In this document: positions 24,094-28,438 of the stretch, piece by piece
How the letters are laid out: each line of letters starts with the position of its first letter
How positions within the stretch are numbered: the first letter of the stretch is position 1
Assembly (NCBI RefSeq): GCF_000150275.1
Contig: NW_002060968.1
Span: 5,066-33,503 of the forward strand
Origin: Trichoplax adhaerens
Lineage: Eukaryota > Animalia > Placozoa
Direction of reading: 5' to 3'
DNA: 28,438 bases
Translations under genes and position numbers: made by a program
The notes under the pieces: model-generated
Seen by the model: only the letters and a program-made list of their open reading frames with translations
The model's database searches: none
Told to the model about the DNA's origin: nothing

Positions 24094-24592
24094 GTAAGCA
24101 ATACTATTATTTCCATTCATCCATGGAGTTAGAAACTGTAGAGAAGTGCCGTGAAGACGATTAACCATCATACCAAGACGTAGCAAAGTTACAGAAATGA
24201 CCGAGTAAATGTTGATACGTTCAACTACTGTAGTATCCTGGGCATAGATTGAAAGCCATCAATGTTGTTAATAACTGTTACCATGTGCAACTTTGTCTTA
24301 ATTACAGGAGTTTCTGAGCAGACTTGAATTTGAGGTAATTTTGTAGTCCATGTGCTTATACGATCCCGGAAATAACATAAATTGAACCAATCATGAATTG
24401 TTCGTACGTCCGTACAATGTCCTCAAATAACGATCATTAGTAGTATCAGTGACGCTAGAACTATACTAGTATATTCGGTGATTGGAACTGAACTATTGGG
24501 TGATAGCTCATTTCGTCTCTTTAAATCTGTAAGAGACGTCNNNNNNNNNNNNNNNNNNNNNNNNNNNNNNNNNNNNNNNNNNNNNNNNNNCT

Positions 24593-24893
24593 CACAAAGA
24601 CTTAGACGCCTCGTATTTTACGTTAAACACTAAGTTTAAGAATTAACTTTATTACATGATATACCACATTTATATACTCTTACTCAATAGTTCATGATTC
24701 ATAGTTAGTACGATTAGCTTTGGAATCATTCACTGAATAAGACCTTAACTTTAGCTACTGCTCCCTAATGCCGATAACAGTATTTACGAACATAGACATC
24801 TGGTGACTAATAAAGACTAGACAGATTACGATATGTCCTATCATGGGACATTTCCACGATAATTTACAATCTACCATAAGTAAGTTATAATCA
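24593..24893 (+). repeat. ~300-bp copy of 21384-21685
   Basis: Direct alignment with only a handful of differences; begins right after the N gap. Confidence 0.9.
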
Positions 24894-25001
24894 CTAGTGC
24901 AAACTCCCGTCGCTTTGCTGACGGTTTACGATAATGTGCTCATTTAACAGATAGTATTACCATTTGTCGTACTCAGTAGACCTGTCAGAGGTTCAGTAAC
25001 T
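24894..25001 (-). mobile_element. Helitron-like element, copy 3 (3'-terminal fragment)
   Basis: First ~57 nt identical to copy 1 (CTAGTGCAAACTCCCGTCGCTTTGCTGACGG...); junction falls at the A|T of the empty site 21685/21686. Confidence 0.75.
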
Positions 25002-25045
25002 TTATACCGTGTACTGTGTACTGTATGCTGTACAAATGCACGGTA

Positions 25046-25346
25046 TGGGCATAGATTGAAAGCCATCAATGTTGTTAATAACTGTTACCATGTGCAACTT
25101 TGTCTTAATTACAGGAGTTTCTGAGCAGACTTGAACTTGAGGTAATTTTGTAGTCCATGTGCTTATACGATCCCGGAAATAACATAAATTGAACCAATCA
25201 TGAATTGCTCGTATGTGCGTACAATGTCCTCAAATAACGATCATTAGTAGTACCAGTGACGCTAGAACTATACTAGTGTATTCGGTGGTTGGAACTGAAC
25301 TATTGGGTGATAGCTCATTTCGTCTCTTTAAATCTGTAAGAGACGT
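25046..25346 (+). repeat. ~300-bp copy of 24239-24539
   Basis: Ungapped alignment at offset 807 with about seven substitutions. Confidence 0.9.
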
Positions 25347-26580
25347 TCTTCGTTAGCGTTTGAATGTAATTAATTACAGTTGATACCAAGCTATGAGCGA
25401 TATCGCACTATCGTACCCATTAGTAATCCCTATCCTAATTCTACAATGACAACACGCAGTTATGCCATGCTCACTTTGATGGACTAGCTAGGACTCCAAG
25501 TTATTCTCAATTATTCTTATGCTGGATCTGTTGCTTATGAAGCCTGGGTTATGAGGACTTCCAGGTGTTACAGAGGCTTGCTATCGATTCTACATAACAC
25601 CCAACGGTATCATCCGTCGTCGAGAGTAGAAATAGTGCAGAGCCTACAGTATGACTCCAAAATGGCTATGGTTGGATTATATAGAAGAATCACAAAAGTT
25701 ACGAGTTCCAAATGTTGGCAAGGCTTACTGTAGATTCTGCAGAAACCCTACTGATAGAATCCGCCGTCGAAAGTAGAAAAGCCGCCGGTTGTTAAGGGAG
25801 GAAGGGTTGGGGATAGTAGTCCATGCAGTGTGTACGAAATAAACTTAATAAGAGGCTACTAAAGAACCAACAATTCCTACAGTATGACAGAGAATAGCGA
25901 TGTTAGGACCATAAGGAAGAACCACTGTAGTTAGGACTTCCAAGTGCTGTACAGTATTAGGAAAGGGTTCAATCTTACCCTTTGTTTTGCTGGGGTAAAT
26001 TGATCCCCTATCGTTAATAATTTAATTCAGTATAGGCGCTACCTGCTTGCCAACATCATCATTGCGATAACTCAATGACAACGTTATAAATCAAAGCGTC
26101 TGCTCAGCTTTACCAAAATCATTTATATCTATTCTTAGTAACCTAACTATATCAAATATAGCTATATAATCCTTATAATCATATATGGGGTGAATCACTA
26201 CACCGCCATCATTGCAATAACTGAATGAAAATGTTTAAAATCAAAGTGTTTACTCAGTCATATCAAAATTTTTCCGTATGTATGCCTTATTGATGGAGCC
26301 TCAAGAGCATATATTGTTAGATTGAATTTGTCGTTATGCAATAACCTGTACTATAACTCAATAGCTGTATGGTATATACGGATGGTATAGTTTCTCTATA
26401 AGGCTATATGCTTATGATCATTGCAATTTCAATTAGAAATTCAACCAGGAATAGAGATAGACGACTACTATGGCTTTAGGAACAATTGAAGAAAATAGTG
26501 TAGCTTTACATAGCTGAAGTAAGAAATAAACTAGCTATGCACCTTTACCATAACTAAAAATTTTAAATCCCCATCTTTAG

Positions 26581-26942
26581 TGAATCCAACACCAACATTA
26601 AAAAGTCAATTGCCTTATTCTAAAGCAAAGTTAACCGAAAAGTCAACATCTACATCTATCCTAGCATATTCTACATTGAAATCAACATCGACATTAAAAC
26701 CTGCTTCGAGATCCATTCCAAATACGTTGGAGCTGGATATATCAACATCAATATTAAATGAAAATAACAATATTTCAACTCCAACATTAAAAAGTCAACT
26801 GCTTCATTCTGAAGCAACGGCGATCGAAAACCTAAAACCGAATTCAAGATTCACTCCAGTTACATCGAAGCTGGATGTTTCGAAAACAATGGTCAACATA
26901 TCAAATAATGTCAAATTAAATCAAACATCAAGTAAAATATAT
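26581..26942 (+). pseudogene. FUT8-like gene 4, exon 2 (long Ser/Thr-rich, mucin-like stem)
   Basis: Acceptor CCCCATCTTTAG| (phase 1), donor TAT|GTAAGA (phase 0); ~31% Ser+Thr; internal repeat PTLKSQL at 26592 and 26781. Confidence 0.75.
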
Positions 26943-27046
26943 GTAAGAAAGTTATAGCCATACTTTAATCTTGAAAATTACGGATTAGTTGATATCCCCT
27001 CGTGGTGATTTGATTTATTAACTAAGTTCGATTACTATTGTTACAG

Positions 27047-28396
27047 CCAAGACAATGCCAAGATTTGACTGAAATTGTTCGAAATCGTCTCGATTATTTA
27101 CAGAATCCAGCTAATTGCTCCACAGCTAAAAAACTGATTTGTGATGTTTGGGGCGCAGGCATGGGTTCAGTGGTTCATCACTGGGTCTGCTGCTTAATAA
27201 TATATGCATATAATACTAATCGTACAATGTTTATTGACCTAAGAGAGTGGCCTTATTTGCAAGGCGTTACATCGAAGGATGGTGTAAAACACTTTGAAGA
27301 CTTATTTCAACCTATTTCCAAATGCAGACTTACCGATTATGATAATAAAACAGCAATAACATGGCCTATATCGAAAAGCCAACTAATTTATAACCATAAT
27401 ATATCTGTTATTCGAATACTAGCGATAGGAAAAATATATCTAGATAAATTAAAATTACCCCAAATTTTTCATTTTGCATTGCCTACAAAACTCTTTTATA
27501 GGACGATCGACTTTAAATATCAGCCAATAGCTTGCTGGATTGGTCTGTTAGCCAAACATATTATACGACCAAACGATACTTTACAACAATTTAGTGATCA
27601 ATCGAGAAAGAAATTCAAATTTCAATCACCTATAGTTGGTCTACATATCAGGCGTACGGACAAAAGAACTGCAGCCAAAATCTTTAATGTTGATCAGTAT
27701 ATGGTAAAAGTGAAGGCATTCTTTAATCGGTTAGCTAAGCAAAGTATCCAAATCGAAAAGCGGGTATTTTTAATTACCGATGAACCATGGCTTATTAATC
27801 AATTAATTAAAAAGTATCCTGATTACCATTTTATTCATCCTCCAATAAAACAATTAACGGCTAGTACCTTTACTTCAAGATACTCGGCAATCCACTTAAA
27901 ATATTTTATTCGAGATTTATTTCTCTTAGCTGAATGCGCTTACTTGGTAGTCACTATGTCATCTAATGTTGGTAGACTAGCATACGAATTACATGAAGTT
28001 ATTTATAGCCAAACAAAAAGCAAGCATTATACTTCTCTCGACGATGATTATTTCATACAGGGACTGTATAGGAACCTTCAAGCCCCCAAAATTATGCAAG
28101 CTAATCAAGATTGTCGTAGTAATATATTGAATGGAATTAGTATCGTTGAAGGCGATCTATTAGATTCCTGTATATCTTCTAACCATTCGAATACCATGTA
28201 TTAAGGCTATTCTAAACGTTTAAAAAAATCAGGATATTTCCTTCGATCTTGTGTAACTTACTTAGTCGATAACGAGGTGTATCCAGATTATAGTGAAGTA
28301 GATAAAACACTACATTGGGATGAAACAGATAGATATCAAGCAAATAGTGAGGATAATGCTTGTACTAAATCTTCGATAATAGATAGAATTTATTAA
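27047..28396 (+). pseudogene. FUT8: Alpha-1,6-fucosyltransferase-like (GT23/FUT8-like) gene 4, catalytic exon 3 with premature stop
   Basis: [30 protein letters not shown]; TAA at 28202-28204 replaces the Tyr of MYYGYSKRL; homology continues in frame for 63 codons (GYSKRLKKSG...YPDY...ACTKSSIID) to TAA at 28394-28396. Confidence 0.85.
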
Positions 28397-28438
28397 TTAT
28401 AAATAAGATAAATACTGTATCAGCTGGTATCGACAACA

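Noticed and set aside
28202-28204. Programmed stop readthrough in gene 4
   Set aside because: TAA-G is a poor readthrough context, and other lesions point to simple decay.

Overview
AT-rich, intron-containing eukaryotic (animal-like) draft sequence with two 50-N scaffold gaps (6567-6616, 24541-24590); the organism cannot be fixed from sequence alone. The window is a head-to-tail tandem array of four divergent FUT8-like (GT23, alpha-1,6-fucosyltransferase family) genes on the + strand. All four can be read with one three-exon plan that the ORF track misses: exon 1 = cytoplasmic tail + transmembrane anchor, phase-1 intron, exon 2 = variable stem, short phase-0 intron (92-104 nt), exon 3 = the whole catalytic + SH3-like region in one ~1.35-kb exon. 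Genes 1-3 look intact (533, 533, 512 aa). Gene 4 looks like a young pseudogene (two nonsense codons, putative catalytic Glu lost), and its exons straddle a gap flanked by ~300-bp duplications. Relative to canonical FUT8, the paralogues keep the GDP-fucose motifs but appear to lack the coiled-coil domain, change acceptor-contacting residues and carry new conserved cysteines. Intergenic and intronic DNA holds three copies of a non-autonomous Helitron-like element, two to three solo LTRs, a GTACA-microsatellite repeat family, a fold-back element, palindromes and local tandem duplications.
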